Below are positions 10,503 through 21,840 of a stretch of 64,000 nt of DNA, piece after piece. Every line of letters begins with the position of its first letter. The first letter of the stretch is position 1. The stretch is from an uncultured delta proteobacterium (GTDB lineage: Bacteria > Myxococcota > Myxococcia > Myxococcales > Myxococcaceae): NCBI GenBank assembly GCA_963713045.1, contig CAVQKE010000007.1:128001-192000 (forward strand), written 5' to 3'. The translations under genes were made by a program, and so were the position numbers. The notes beneath the pieces were generated by a model. That model had not been told where the DNA came from, made no database searches, and worked only from the letters and a program-made list of their open reading frames with translations.

Positions 10503-11096
10503 GTGAGTCTTTTGCCGCCACAGGCAAGCTTTGCAGAGGTGGTGCAGGAAGCCTTCCTCCGGCTGCGGGGCAAAGGCCTGATGTTGGGCGTGCTGGACAC
10601 CGAATTGCTTCGGGCCTGGGCCGAGACCGGCGTTCCGGCGGAGGTGGTGGTCCGCGGGCTGGAAGCGGCGGCGGTCCGCACCGCCTGGGATGCGCGTCCG
10701 GGCGAGGTGGGCCCGCGCAGCCTGCGCGCCTGCCGTCCGGAGGTGGAGGTCGAGGTGGCGCTGTGGCGGACGCGCGTCTTGGGCGCCGGCGCACCAGCAC
10801 GCGAAGGCGCTGGACAACTGCTTCAAGAACTGCGTGCGCTGGCGCTGGCGCGTCCCGGCTTCGCGAAAGTTGTGGAACAGCTGTGGACACGCGGCGTGCT
10901 GTCGCGTGCAAACCCGCGAGATGCGGTCGTCGCTGCGCTGATTCGCAAAATGCCCTTCGCCGAGCGACTTACGCTATGGCGCGCCGAGCGCCTTCAAATG
11001 GTAGAGGAGGGCGCGTCACCCCGCGCTCGTACCATGCTGCGCCGGCGCATTCGCGCCGCCTTTGCAGCGAGCGAGTTCGGGTTGAAGGGGCTGTAG
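10503..11096 (+). CDS. Conserved hypothetical protein upstream of the DnaC-like ATPase
   Basis: GTG start after GGAGG; FLRLRGKGLMLGVLDTELLRAWAETGVP; 3' part of ORF 9369..11096. Confidence 0.65.
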   Translation: MSLLPPQASFAEVVQEAFLRLRGKGLMLGVLDTELLRAWAETGVPAEVVVRGLEAAAVRTAWDARPGEVGPRSLRACRPEVEVEVALWRTRVLGAGAPAREGAGQLLQELRALALARPGFAKVVEQLWTRGVLSRANPRDAVVAALIRKMPFAERLTLWRAERLQMVEEGASPRARTMLRRRIRAAFAASEFGLKGL

Positions 11097-11124
11097 CGGA
11101 GGGGAGTCCAAGACAACAAAACAC

Positions 11125-12063
11125 ATGGAAGCCGTCGTCTCTCAAAGTCCGAATGTCTGTGGCGAGTGCCGGGGAAGAGGCTACCGGTTGTCGAGCAGCG
11201 CGGACCGGGCGCTGGCAAGCGTCTGCAGCTGCATGAGCAACTGCCTGCACTGCAGCGGTCAAGGCTACGTGCTGTCCGTCCAGGAGGAGACCTTCAGCCA
11301 GCGGGTGGGGCCCAGGCGTTATGAGGCCGTCGCGCCCTGCATCTGCCGGGTGCTGCGCAGCCGGGTGGCGGCCTTCAACCGGGCGGGCATTCCGGGCGTG
11401 CTGGCCCGCGCGGGATTCGACAACTACCTGCCCTTTCACGAAGCCCACGACGCCGCCAAACAGGCCGCGACGCGCTTCGCCTTCTCCTTTCGCCGGGGGG
11501 CCGCCGCCCGCGGCTTCATCATCAGCGGCCCGGTGGGCAGCGGCAAAACCCATCTCCTCACCGCCGCCCTCGCCCACTTAGTCCTGGAAGTGGGCATCCA
11601 GGCCCGCTACCTGGAAATCTCCCTCCTCTTCGCCGACATCCGCCGCGGCTTTCAGGAAGGCAAAAGCGGCGGAGAAATTATCGGCCCCCTGTCCGAAGTG
11701 GACGTGCTGGCCATCGATGAATTGGGCCGCGGCCGCGGCAGCCCGTTTGAGATGGAGACGTTGGATGAATTGATTGCCCGCCGCTACAACGCCGGACGCA
11801 CCACCCTGTTTGCCACCAACTATTCGCTTTCGCCCGAGCGCAAGCCGCGCCCCCACAGCCGCAGCGGCTACCGTTCCACCGCCGAGGAGTCGGCGCAGCC
11901 GCGCGACACCGAATTGCTTCGCGAACGCGTCGGCGAGCGCATTTACAGCCGGCTGTGCGAAATGTGCGAATTCGTCAGCCTGCCGCCCGAGACACCGGAC
12001 CACCGCCGCACCCGGCAAGAATTGCACCCCCACGCCAGTAAGCCGCGGGCCTTGGGCCACTAG
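11125..12063 (+). CDS. DnaC/IstB-like AAA+ ATPase with N-terminal Cys-rich Zn-binding region
   Basis: CxxC motifs; Walker A GPVGSGKT; Walker B LAIDELG; ATNY; ERIYSRL. Confidence 0.85.
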   Translation: MEAVVSQSPNVCGECRGRGYRLSSSADRALASVCSCMSNCLHCSGQGYVLSVQEETFSQRVGPRRYEAVAPCICRVLRSRVAAFNRAGIPGVLARAGFDNYLPFHEAHDAAKQAATRFAFSFRRGAAARGFIISGPVGSGKTHLLTAALAHLVLEVGIQARYLEISLLFADIRRGFQEGKSGGEIIGPLSEVDVLAIDELGRGRGSPFEMETLDELIARRYNAGRTTLFATNYSLSPERKPRPHSRSGYRSTAEESAQPRDTELLRERVGERIYSRLCEMCEFVSLPPETPDHRRTRQELHPHASKPRALGH

Positions 12064-13242
12064 CTACCGGCCCTCCCGCAGCCGGTGCAGCTCTTGCGTC
12101 AGGAAAACCAGCTGCCCCACTGGGACCAGCAGCGTCAACTGCAACGGCCCGCTGTGCACCGCCCGCACGCTGACGCCGAGGCTGGCCGCGGCACGAAGGG
12201 CCTCCCGAAGCAGGCGCGGCTGGGTGCCGACGCCGGCCCCCACCAGCGTCACCGTCCCCAGCCCGGGCATTTCTTGCACCGAGGCGCCCAGCGTGCGCTG
12301 CAGCGCCGCGCGCAGCGCCGCCACGCCATGGACGTCGGTGAGGGGCACCGCCACCAGCACCTCTCCCCGCCCACCCTGTCCCAGCACGAAGCGCGTCCGC
12401 ACTTGGGCTTCCTCAAGGAAGGCCAGCAGCGCTGGCAAGGCCTCGCTGGCAGCGGCCAGCACCAGCAACTCAGCCTCCGAGGCGACGGCCGTCACCGGGG
12501 ACTGCCCGGCGGCCTCCCCCACAATGCGCGTCCCCGTCCCGGCCTGGTGGGCGTGCAGGGCATGCAGCACCACGCCGTTGGCCTTGGCCCAGGCCACCGC
12601 TTGGGCATTCAGCACGCGGGCCCCGGCCGAGGCCAATTCCTGCATTTCGTCGTAGCCCACGCTGGCCAGCTTCTCGGCCTCGGGGACGACCCGGGGGTCG
12701 GCGGAGAAGACGCCGTCCACGTCCGAAAAAATTTCACAGGCCTCCGCCTTCAGCGCCGCGGCCAGCGCCACCGCAGTGGTGTCGGTGCCTCCTCGGCCCA
12801 GCGTCGTCACTTCCCGCTTGCGCGACACCCCCTGGTAGCCGGCCACCAGGACGACTTTGCCGAGGCCCAATTCTTCCAGAATGCGCACCGGGCGCACCTC
12901 CAGAATGCGCGCCGAGGCATGGGCTTCATCGGTAATAATTCCGCTTTGACTGCCGGTGAAGCTGATGGCCGGGACGCCCAATTCCTGCAGCGCCATGGAC
13001 AACAGCGCCACGCTGATGCGCTCACCGGCCGTCAGCAGCATGTCCAATTCGCGTCGCGGCGGGTCCAAGGACACCTGTTTGGCCAGCCCCAGCAATTCAT
13101 CGGTGGTGTCGCCCATGGCCGACACCACCACCACCAGCTGGTGGCCCTCCGCCCGCCGGGCGCGCACCCGTTCCGCCACCCGGCGCATTCGGGCGACGTC
13201 GGCCACTGAGGAGCCACCGTATTTCTGGACGATGATGGGCAT
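12064..13242 (-). CDS. lysC: Aspartate kinase
   Basis: [44 protein letters not shown]. Confidence 0.93.
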   Translation of the reverse strand: MPIIVQKYGGSSVADVARMRRVAERVRARRAEGHQLVVVVSAMGDTTDELLGLAKQVSLDPPRRELDMLLTAGERISVALLSMALQELGVPAISFTGSQSGIITDEAHASARILEVRPVRILEELGLGKVVLVAGYQGVSRKREVTTLGRGGTDTTAVALAAALKAEACEIFSDVDGVFSADPRVVPEAEKLASVGYDEMQELASAGARVLNAQAVAWAKANGVVLHALHAHQAGTGTRIVGEAAGQSPVTAVASEAELLVLAAASEALPALLAFLEEAQVRTRFVLGQGGRGEVLVAVPLTDVHGVAALRAALQRTLGASVQEMPGLGTVTLVGAGVGTQPRLLREALRAAASLGVSVRAVHSGPLQLTLLVPVGQLVFLTQELHRLREGR

Positions 13243-13319
13243 GGGCCTTCAGGGCACGCCGATGCAGTTTGCGGGCCTTTAGCACGGGGGCCTCCGGAAG
13301 AAGCGCCGCGCGACGGCTG

Positions 13320-13347
13320 TTGACAGCCCCGTACGCATCGCTAAGAA
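13320..13347 (+). promoter_or_regulatory. Putative sigma70 promoter of the ABC operon
   Basis: TTGACA-N16-TAAGAA about 50 bp upstream of the start codon. Confidence 0.4.
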
Positions 13348-13399
13348 GCCCCCCGCAGCAGGCGGCCCACCGCAGTGGCCAGGAGGTTTGAGCCGACCC

Positions 13400-14125
13400 A
13401 TGTCGATGATTGAGGTGAGCCACCTCACCAAGCGCTACCGAGACCGCATCGCCGTGGACGATTTAAGCTTCGAGGTGGCCGAGGGGGAGATTTTGGGTTT
13501 CCTCGGCCCCAACGGCGCCGGCAAAACCACCACCATGCGGGTGCTGACCGGCTTTCTCCCGGCCTCCTCCGGCCTGGTGAAAGTGGCGGGCCACGACGTC
13601 TTCGAGGAACCCCTGGAAGTGAAGCGGCGCATTGGCTATCTGCCCGAGACGCCCCCCCTCTACCCGGAGATGACGGTGCGGGCGTACCTCAAGTTTGTCG
13701 CCACGCTTCGGGGCGTGGCGCGCGGTGTAATGCCCGCAGAGTTGGAGCGCGTGGGCCACGCCACCGGCACCTCGGCGGTGATGGGGCGCGTCATCCAAAA
13801 CCTCTCCAAGGGCTTCCGGCAGCGCGTCGGCATCGCCCAGGCCCTGCTTGGCTCGCCGCCGGTTCTCATCCTCGATGAGCCCACCGAAGGGCTTGACCCC
13901 ATCCAACGGGCCGAGGCGCGACAACTCATCAAGGGCCTCGGCGGACAGCACACCATCGTGCTCTGCACCCACATTCTCCCGGAGGTGGTGATGACCTGTG
14001 ACAAAGTCCTCATCCTGCACCAGGGCCGGCTGGCGGCCTTCGACAGCCTCTCCGCCCTCGGCCAGCAGGCCGGTTCCGCCGAATCGCTCGAGGAAACCTT
14101 CCTCCGCCTCACCCGCGCCGCCTGA
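13400..14125 (+). CDS. ABC transporter ATP-binding protein (GldA-like)
   Basis: GPNGAGKTT; LSKGFRQR; ILDEPT. Confidence 0.92.
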   Translation: MSMIEVSHLTKRYRDRIAVDDLSFEVAEGEILGFLGPNGAGKTTTMRVLTGFLPASSGLVKVAGHDVFEEPLEVKRRIGYLPETPPLYPEMTVRAYLKFVATLRGVARGVMPAELERVGHATGTSAVMGRVIQNLSKGFRQRVGIAQALLGSPPVLILDEPTEGLDPIQRAEARQLIKGLGGQHTIVLCTHILPEVVMTCDKVLILHQGRLAAFDSLSALGQQAGSAESLEETFLRLTRAA

Positions 14126-14135
14126 GGCCGCCCGT

Positions 14136-14939
14136 ATGCGCAACGCACTGGCCATCGCCAAGAAAGAATTGGGCATCTACTTCACCACGCCGTGGGCCTA
14201 CGTCGTCTTCACGGCCATGCTGGCCATCTCCTCCTTCTTCTTCGTCGCCTTGCTGCAGGACTTCCGCCAAGTCCACGCCTTGGCCCGGGCCTACGGCTGG
14301 GAGCGACTGGGGCCCGACTATGGGGCCTTCAAGAATCTCACCGACGGCGTGGTGGTAAACCTGTGGAATACCATCGCCGTCATCACCCTCTTCGTCGCGC
14401 CCTTCCTCACCATGCGGCTGTTTGCCGAAGAGCGCCGCAACCGCACGATGGAGTTGCTGCTGACCCTACCGGTCCGGCCATGGGAGATTGTGCTCGGCAA
14501 ATTCATCGGCGGCGTCGGCATCTCCACCGCCGCCTTGGGTGTCACCATCGTCTACCCGCTGACGCTGGCTCTGTTTGGAGCCAGCGAGTCGGGTCAGGCC
14601 CTGGAGTGGGGCACGGTGCTTCTGGGCTACGGCGGCCTCCTCCTCTGGGGGGCGTGCTGCATCGCCCTGGGAATGTTCATCTCCGCCCTCACCGAATCGC
14701 AGATGCTGGCGGCCATCCTGACCTTCGCCCTGGCGCTGGTGTGGTGGCTACTGCAGGGTCTGGTGGCCGGGGCGGACGAGCCCTGGCGCTCCATCGGCAC
14801 GCACCTGTCGTTCAGCGCTGAATTGTCGCCGCTGTTGCGCGGGGTGCTCGACTTGAAGTCGCTGGTCTTCTTCTTCTCGGTCATCCTCTTCGCGCTGCTG
14901 CTGACTGACCGCGCAGTGGAATCCCAGCGCTGGACATGA
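14136..14939 (+). CDS. ABC-2 permease (GldF-like)
   Basis: KKELGIYFTTP; TMRLFAEERRNRTMELLLT; several TM helices. Confidence 0.88.
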   Translation: MRNALAIAKKELGIYFTTPWAYVVFTAMLAISSFFFVALLQDFRQVHALARAYGWERLGPDYGAFKNLTDGVVVNLWNTIAVITLFVAPFLTMRLFAEERRNRTMELLLTLPVRPWEIVLGKFIGGVGISTAALGVTIVYPLTLALFGASESGQALEWGTVLLGYGGLLLWGACCIALGMFISALTESQMLAAILTFALALVWWLLQGLVAGADEPWRSIGTHLSFSAELSPLLRGVLDLKSLVFFFSVILFALLLTDRAVESQRWT

Positions 14940-16510
14940 CGATGACCAAGGCCACCCTCGGAAAAGTCCTCGGCGCGCTGGGACTGGTCTCGCTGCTGTC
15001 GGCGCCCTACACCTACCTCATCACCGCCTCGGCGACGCTGAGCGCCGTCAAGGCGGTCCTGGGGCTCGGGTTGATTGGCGTCTACTTCGCCACCAATTTC
15101 CGCCAGCTGAACCAGTTCGCCAGCCGGCGCTCCACCTTCTACGTGGCCTCCTCGCTGCTGTTGGCGTTGGGGGCACTGGCAGCGCTGGGGGCGGTCAACT
15201 ACATCGCCGCCAAGAAGGACAAAAGCTGGGACCTCACCCGCAAGAAGGTCTTCACCCTCGCCCCGCAAACCCGCGCTGCCCTGCAGGCCTTGAAGACGCC
15301 GGTCACCGCCTTCGCCTTCCTGCCGCCCACCGACGCCGACTACAGCTACGTCGACCGGCTCTTGGCCCGCTACCACGCCGAGGCGCCCCAGAAGTTCCTG
15401 GTGTCTTTCAAGGACCCGCGCAAATCGCCGGACTTGGCGGCCAAATACCAGCTGCGCGAGGGCCAAACCACCATCGTCCTCAGCCGCGGTGAAGGCGCCC
15501 AGGAGCAGCACACCACCGTTTCGGTGGCGAGCCTGCAGGGGGTGACTGAGCAGGACGTCACCAACGCGCTTCTCAAGCTCGACCAGACCGGCCAGCGTCA
15601 CGTCTACTTCATCACCGGCCATGGCGAGTGGCCGCTGGAACAGTCGGCGGAGGGCACCAGCCTTTCGGAAATGAAGAAGTCCCTCTTCCAGGAAGGCTAC
15701 CTGCCCTTGCCGTTGAATTTGCTTGGCGGCAGAGAAGTGCCGCGGGACGCCACGCTGCTGGTCCTCGCCGCGGCCCGCAGCAAATTCGCCAAGCCGGAGC
15801 TGGACCAGCTGAGCAGCTATCTCGGCGAGGGAGGGCGGATGCTGATGTTTTTTGACGCCCTTCTTGAACCGGGCCTGGAAACACTTTTGGCGCCCTATGG
15901 CCTACAGGTGGACCCGGGCATCGTCGCCGACGAGGAATACGCGGTGGGAAGCCCCTTCATCGTGGCCACCCACTTCTACGGCGACCATGAAATGGTCCGC
16001 CAGCTGTCCAGCCTCCAGGTGAACGTGGAATTTCCCACCGCCCGTGGCTTCACCCTCCTCAAGGACGGCCTTCTGCCTGGTGTCCACGACGAGGCGGTGG
16101 TGATGACGTCGAGCAACGCCTGGGAAGAATTGGACCCGGCCAATGAGCCGCACCGCTCCCCCGGAGAGCGCGCCGGCAGCATCCCCTTGGTGGTGGCAGT
16201 CAGCCGCCCGGTGCCTGAGTCCAAGGAAAGGCGGACGCCGGAGACACGGCTGGTGGCCTTTGGAGATTCGGAAATTCTCCTCGACCCCAACTGGCGCGAT
16301 GAGCCGAACCGAAACCTGGTGATGAATGCGGTCGCTTGGGCCTCCGGGCAGCCGGAGCAAATCACCATCCGCGCGCCCGACCGGGACATCTCCAGCCTGG
16401 ACCTCGACACCCAGCGCTTGGGTCGCATCCGCTTTCTGGCCACCGACTTTCTCCCGCTGGCACTTCTTGGCGCGGGCCTGGCCGTGTGGCTGACCCGGCG
16501 AAACCAGTGA
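14936..16510 (+). CDS. GldG-family ABC accessory protein
   Basis: WDLTRKKVFTL; VYFITGHGE; C-terminal TM helix. Confidence 0.88.
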   Translation: MTMTKATLGKVLGALGLVSLLSAPYTYLITASATLSAVKAVLGLGLIGVYFATNFRQLNQFASRRSTFYVASSLLLALGALAALGAVNYIAAKKDKSWDLTRKKVFTLAPQTRAALQALKTPVTAFAFLPPTDADYSYVDRLLARYHAEAPQKFLVSFKDPRKSPDLAAKYQLREGQTTIVLSRGEGAQEQHTTVSVASLQGVTEQDVTNALLKLDQTGQRHVYFITGHGEWPLEQSAEGTSLSEMKKSLFQEGYLPLPLNLLGGREVPRDATLLVLAAARSKFAKPELDQLSSYLGEGGRMLMFFDALLEPGLETLLAPYGLQVDPGIVADEEYAVGSPFIVATHFYGDHEMVRQLSSLQVNVEFPTARGFTLLKDGLLPGVHDEAVVMTSSNAWEELDPANEPHRSPGERAGSIPLVVAVSRPVPESKERRTPETRLVAFGDSEILLDPNWRDEPNRNLVMNAVAWASGQPEQITIRAPDRDISSLDLDTQRLGRIRFLATDFLPLALLGAGLAVWLTRRNQ

Positions 16511-17981
16511 GAACGCGCGCTCGGACGCTTCTCCTCTCCGCCGGGGCCCTGGCAGTGGCCGGCGCGCTTGGCCTGTACGCCTACTTCGGCGTGCTGCGCA
16601 GCGAGGAGAAGGCCGCGGCGGAAAAAGAGGCAAAGGAGAAGCTGGTCGCTCCGGTGCCCGAAACCGACGGCGGGGCGGCCGGGGCTTGGGGACGGCTGCA
16701 GGGGCATTTGGTCCGCTACGACAAGCTGGTGCTGACCGCCCGCGGGGAAACCACCGAATTGGGCCGACTGCCGGATTCGGCGTGGGTCATCAGCCGTCCC
16801 TTCCGGGCGCGCGCCGACGCCCATGTCGCCGAAGACGCGGTCTCCACCCTTCAAGCCCTGCGCCTGAGCCGCATCGTGGACGAGCAGCCGAAGGACGAGG
16901 ACCTCGAGCGCTATGGCTTAAAGCCGCCGCGCTTCGTCGTCACCGCCAGCGCGGAGGGCACGCCGTCCGTCACCCTGTTTGGCGGGGTGGAGAATTCCTA
17001 CGACGGCACTCTCTACGTGCAGCGCGACGGGAAGCGCGCGTCTATGCCATCGACGCTGCCAGCCGCGCTTCCCTGGAAAAAAGGACCGAGGAGCTGCGGG
17101 CCCGCGACGTCCTTGGCCCCCGCGACCTCGGCTTGGTGGGCATTCAGCTGAAGAGTGGCCATCACGACTGGGCCGTCGCACGGGAGCCGCAGCAGCCCTG
17201 GGCCTTCCAGAAGCCGGCCGGCCTGGCCGCCGACGGCTCGGCCATCTCGCAGTGGGTGGCGGCGCTGGCCACCCACCGGGCGGTGAAATTCCTCTCCGAC
17301 TCGCCCGCCGAACGCAAGCGTACCGGGGTGGAACGGCCGGCGGCGGACGCCACCTTCCGGCGGGGGGAAGAGACGGTGCGGGTGCGGCTCGCCGCCGGTC
17401 CGCTGGAGACGGACCCCTCCTTCGTGCTGCGCGAGGACAGCTTCGGCGTGACGCTGGCCGAGCTGACCCACGGCGCGCTGGCCGCCCTCGACGTGCCGGC
17501 GGCGCAGCTGCGCGACCGCCGCGTCCTCATCTTCCAGCCGGCCGACGTGCAGCGCATTCGCTTCCTTCCGGAAGGCGGCGGCCCAGCCATCGTCGTGCAG
17601 CGCCAGGCCGCCGACGCCGGCACCCCTCCGCGCTGGGTGCTTGCCTCACGCACGCCCCAGGCCGCCTCGGCGGCCAAGCTGGGCAGCCTCCTCTTCGCCC
17701 TGGAGGAGTTGAAGTGGCTGCCGCTGGACGACGTCCCGCCCAAGGACCCAGGCCTCGGGGCCAACGCGCGCACCGTCGTCCTGGAAGACGCCTCGGGCAA
17801 AGTGCTGTCCACGTTGGTGCTGGGCAAGACGGCCTCGCACACCGGACCCAGGGTGTGGACACGCACCGCCGGCGGCGAGGTGGTGCAGGTGGACTTGGGC
17901 CGTCTTCCCAGCCTGCCGAAGACGCCGGCGGACGTGTTGGACACCGGACCGGCGGTGCTGACGCCCACCGCCTCCCCCTAA
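16507..17981 (+). CDS. DUF4340-type protein, split by a one-base deletion near 17030 (probable sequencing error)
   Basis: DLERYGLKPP motif; adding one G to GGG at 17029-17031 joins ...VQRDG to EARVYAIDAAS...; typical fourth gene of GldAFG-like operons. Confidence 0.75.
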
Positions 17982-18060
17982 AGGCCTTTTTTCGCACCCC
18001 GCCCGGCCAAAGCCCCCCCTTTCCTTCTGGGAAGTCGGGCGGACGCCCCCACCCCAGTTC

Positions 18061-18090
18061 TTGACATCCTGTGTCCTCAGCCGTTATTGG
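18061..18090 (+). promoter_or_regulatory. Putative sigma70 promoter of rpoZ
   Basis: Perfect TTGACA with a weak -10 (TATTGG) 18 bp downstream. Confidence 0.35.
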
Positions 18091-18130
18091 CCCGGCGGTT
18101 TTGGGGTGTTCCCCCGAGGGAAGGAGTGTC

Positions 18131-18373
18131 ATGGCACGCGTCACGGTGGAGGACTGTCTCCCCCTGGTGGACAACCGGTTCGCGCTGGTGCTGTTGGGCG
18201 CCCGGCGGGCCCGTCAACTGATGGCAGGCGCCCGGCCGGTGCTGGACATCTCCAAAAACAAGCCGCCCGTCCTCGCCCTGCGCGAGGTGGCCACCGGCAA
18301 GGTGAAGTTCGACCGCGACGTCCGCCAGACGCTGTCCGGCAAGTACGACCCGCCGAAGACCCCCGCGCCGTAA
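18131..18373 (+). CDS. rpoZ: RNA polymerase omega subunit
   Basis: [28 protein letters not shown]...[20 protein letters not shown]. Confidence 0.95.
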   Translation: MARVTVEDCLPLVDNRFALVLLGARRARQLMAGARPVLDISKNKPPVLALREVATGKVKFDRDVRQTLSGKYDPPKTPAP

Positions 18374-18381
18374 GGCGCGCT

Positions 18382-20306
18382 TTAGGCCGCGGCCGAAGCC
18401 GCGCCCAGGGAGACGACGCCGCGGCGCACCAGGTCGCGCAGTGTCTCCTCCACTTCAATCGGGGAGTCGTCCACCCGGCTCAGCACTTCGCGCGGGGACA
18501 GCTTCTCCTCGCACAGCAGCCGCGCCGTCCTGAGCCAATTCTTCGGGCCATTCTGCGCGTACACCCGGTAGAGGTCGGCGTTGACGTGAATGGCGCCCGG
18601 GTTAACCAGTTGCGCGTCGCGCAGCTTCTCGGCATTTTCATTCAGCAGTTCCGCCGCCCGGTCGAGTAGCTGCGGCATGGGCAGCATCAGCGTCTGGCGG
18701 GGGGCCGAGTCGCCGGCGGTCCAGGTGGCCTCGGCACAGCGGCTGGCGACGAAGGCGTTGAGGGCGCGCTCGCCCACCGCCTGGTGGCCGCCCGTCTGCG
18801 CCTGGGCATGCACCCCGACGCCCTTGCGGAAGTGCACTTCGTAGCTGGCCCAGCTGTCGCGGCCGCGCAGCCGGCCGGTCATGCCGTGCGCCGCCAGCGC
18901 CCGCAGCACCCAGCCCAGCCCGAGCGTGCCAACCGGCAGCGTGGACACCTTCCCGGCCCCCATCGCCGAATCGGCCTGGGCGCGCGGCGTCAACAGCTGC
19001 TTCACCGACTCGGCCAGCACGTCCAAGCGCAGCGTCTTCGGGAAGTAGGCCTGGGCGCCGGCGTCCAGCGCCCTCAGTTGCTCGCGGTAGTCGTCCTGGC
19101 AGCTGAGGAGGGCGAAGGGAACTTCATGGGTGCGGTGGTCCTCGCGCAGCGCCGTCAACAGCCCCCAGCCGTCCAGCTTCGGCATGTTGAGGTCCGCAAC
19201 AATCAGGTCGAAGTTTCCACCGAGCGCCGCTTCGAAGCCGGCGACGCCGTCGGAAGCGGTGGTGACGGTGTAGCCGAGGCGGCGGAAGAATTGGGCAAAC
19301 ATGCGGCACAGCTCGGCGTCGTCGTCGACCAAGAGCAGCGAGCCTGGGCCGGCCTTGGCGCGCGGGCTGGCGGCGGCGGGCGCGGCGACGGGGGGCACTG
19401 GCTTCGCGCTGGGACGCAAGCCGTTGCGCAGCGGAGGAGCGCGGGGCGTCAGCGCCTCGGGCTCGACCAACAGCTCCTCGCCTTCCAGGGCGTCTTCCTC
19501 GCTGGCCGCTTCGGCAAACTGGGGCCCGGTGGCCGATGGCTGAGCCTCCGCCTCCTCATCGGCCAAGACGCCGGCCGCCAGGGGCAGCCCATCGTCCGCG
19601 AAGCCCCCCAAGTCCACTTCAATGGCCAGCTCCTCGGCCGGGGGGACGCCTCCGGCAATTCAATGACGAAGCCGGCGCCGTCGCCCTGCTGGCCGCCCAA
19701 TTCGACGAAGGCCCAAGGGCTGCGGGGCAGCGCCAGCATCGCCCCGAGCGCCGTCATCCCGGAGGAGGACTGGTGCCGGGCCCAGCGCAGCACGCCGTTG
19801 GCGAAGAAGGCCTGGCTCTCATGGGGGTGGCCCGGGTTGACTTTCAGGGCCCCGGAACGAAGCGTCTGCTGGATGTGGTCCACCATCCGCGCCGCCTCGA
19901 AGCCGACCACCGTGCCGGAGCGCTCCGGCAGCTGTTGAAGCAGCGAGCGGACGGCGGCTGGATGCTCAAACGCGGAGAAAGGCTCATGCAGCATCGCCAC
20001 CACGCCGCTGCGGGCGTGGGCCACCAACGCCTCGTCGACGGTGTTGAGACAGAGGACGAAGACCGGGAGGCGGGCCAGCGCTGGGTCCCGCAGCAGCGAC
20101 TGCAGCACGTCCACCAGCGGGCCGCTGCCAAGCTCGCCATGCGCCAGCACCGCGTGCGGCCGCCCGGTGCGGATGGTGGCCATCAGCCGGCGGGCGTCGG
20201 GTACCGCGCGAAAGCGAAAGTCTGCGCGGCGAAACGCCTCGGCCATCTCGCGAGCCACCTTCGGCTCGGGTTCGACTGCGATGATGTCCAAGACCTCGCC
20301 CACCAC
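18382..20306 (-). CDS. Response regulator with two receiver and two DUF4388-like domains; frameshift near 19640
   Basis: C-terminal half has canonical LLVDDD...ADLNMPKLDG; N-terminal half has a degenerate receiver; one extra base in the G6 run 19640-19645 fuses the two frames. Confidence 0.75.
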
Positions 20307-20556
20307 GTGCCTCCGGGGCCACTTTGGCCGCTGTGCAACGCTAGGCAAAGCAACCCCCGTGCCGCGCTGTCGCCCCAGGGGAAAGCAACTTGCGGTGGAG
20401 GTGCTTTGGACCCGGGCCCGACGCTTGCGACACAGCAAACAACAGGGGCCCCCAGCGACGTCGCCGGGGAAGATGGCGCCTTGCGGGGTGGGTGAAGGGC
20501 TACCCTTCGACTCGGCCAACACCCCCCATTCCACCAAGGCCGACGTCGTCCCCGGG

Positions 20557-21180
20557 CTACCCAGCGAAGTGGGCCAGCTTCGCCTCGGCACCCATGCGGT
20601 AGGCATAGCGCAGCACCTGAAGCACAGCGTCCAGTCGGCGCGCCGCGCACAACGGCAACAGGCGGAGGCAGAAGGCGCGGGCCAGCCGGTTGGCTTGGCT
20701 GTAGCGCCTCTCTTCCAGGGGCGAGAGGCCGGGCCGCAGATGCATCTCATCAAACAGGCGGGTGTGCAGAGTGGCCGCCCACTGCCCCCGTGCGCCGGCC
20801 CAGGCGCGCAGCAACAGCAGCGCAAACTTGTCCACTTCGGCCTGGGCTTCCAATTCCAAAAGGGAGACGGGGCGCGCCAGCTCGACCGAACGCGTCAGGT
20901 AGAGGAAGTGGCTGACGCCCTCGGCCAACTGACAGAAGGGCCCAAGCGCCCCGGTGGGCGCCTCCGCCAGGACGGCCGGGGCCAAGTAGAGGCCCAGTTC
21001 AACCGCCCCTTCGACTTCGTGCACCAGCAGCGCTTCGGCGCCGCTGGCATCGCCGCCCAGGGCCTGCGCTTGTTCAGCGTCGAGGAGGAAGCCCCGCGCG
21101 CGGTGGGTGCACCGCATGGCGTAAATGGCTTCCAGGTGGTCCTGGACCGCGTCGACCCAGGCCGGGGCACCACCCGTCAG
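20557..21180 (-). CDS. Conserved hypothetical protein, possibly zincin-like
   Basis: VQDHLEAIY; LAEGVSHFLYL; SLLELEAQAEVDKF; start uncertain (CTGA overlap with the upstream stop). Confidence 0.65.
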   Translation of the reverse strand: MTGGAPAWVDAVQDHLEAIYAMRCTHRARGFLLDAEQAQALGGDASGAEALLVHEVEGAVELGLYLAPAVLAEAPTGALGPFCQLAEGVSHFLYLTRSVELARPVSLLELEAQAEVDKFALLLLRAWAGARGQWAATLHTRLFDEMHLRPGLSPLEERRYSQANRLARAFCLRLLPLCAARRLDAVLQVLRYAYRMGAEAKLAHFAG

Positions 21181-21761
21181 TTGGGGAGCCCCCCTCGCCG
21201 AGGCAACAGCCCAGCTTCGGCCAGCACGCCTTCCAAGGCGTCCCCGCCCCGTTCCGTCCAAGCTTGGTACACCTTCAGCATGCCGGAGGGAGAGCCACGG
21301 GCCAGACCCCGGGCGGCGATGGCTTCCAGCACCGCGGCCAGCGCGCGGAATTTCCGGCCGAGCTCTCCATACACTTCTGCAAAGCCGCCCCGGGCGAGGT
21401 CCGCCACCTGGCCGTAGGCCGCGCCGCCCATGTGGATGTAGTAGTCCGGGCCCACCGCGGTGCGGTGCAGCGCAGAAGCGAAGAAGCCGGCCTTGTACAG
21501 CGACACGTCGCCCATCCGGCGCAGCGTCCGAATGCGCGCCGCCCCTTCCTCCTGCATGGCACGGCAGTAAAGGACAGCCAGGGGCTCCTCGCCGCCCTTG
21601 TCCTTGGCGAAGAGGCGGTCCGCCGCGGCGAATTCCACCAAGAGGTTGGCCAGGTACAGTTCGGTCAACTCCCCGACATTCACCCGGGCCTGCGCCAAGG
21701 CCTCATCCAGAAGCGTCCGGAAGAAGACGGCGAGTGACTTGGCGGCGACGAGTTGGGACAT
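21177..21761 (-). CDS. Conserved hypothetical protein divergent from groES
   Basis: ELTELYLANLL; LRRMGDVSLYKAGFF; YYIHMGGAAY. Confidence 0.75.
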   Translation of the reverse strand: MSQLVAAKSLAVFFRTLLDEALAQARVNVGELTELYLANLLVEFAAADRLFAKDKGGEEPLAVLYCRAMQEEGAARIRTLRRMGDVSLYKAGFFASALHRTAVGPDYYIHMGGAAYGQVADLARGGFAEVYGELGRKFRALAAVLEAIAARGLARGSPSGMLKVYQAWTERGGDALEGVLAEAGLLPRRGGLPN

Positions 21762-21840
21762 CTGCCTTCGACGGCCTTCCAGGCTAGCAGCCGGGGCCCA
21801 CTGCCCTGAAATCCAACCCTTGGAATTTCGGGGAGTTGGA

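Noticed and set aside
11125..12063. IS21 IstB helper or insertion sequence
   Set aside because: No IstA transposase, terminal inverted repeats or target duplication; core-like composition
13400..17981. Bacteroidetes-type gliding machinery
   Set aside because: GldAFG-like ABC transporters are widespread; no T9SS or GldJ-N genes here
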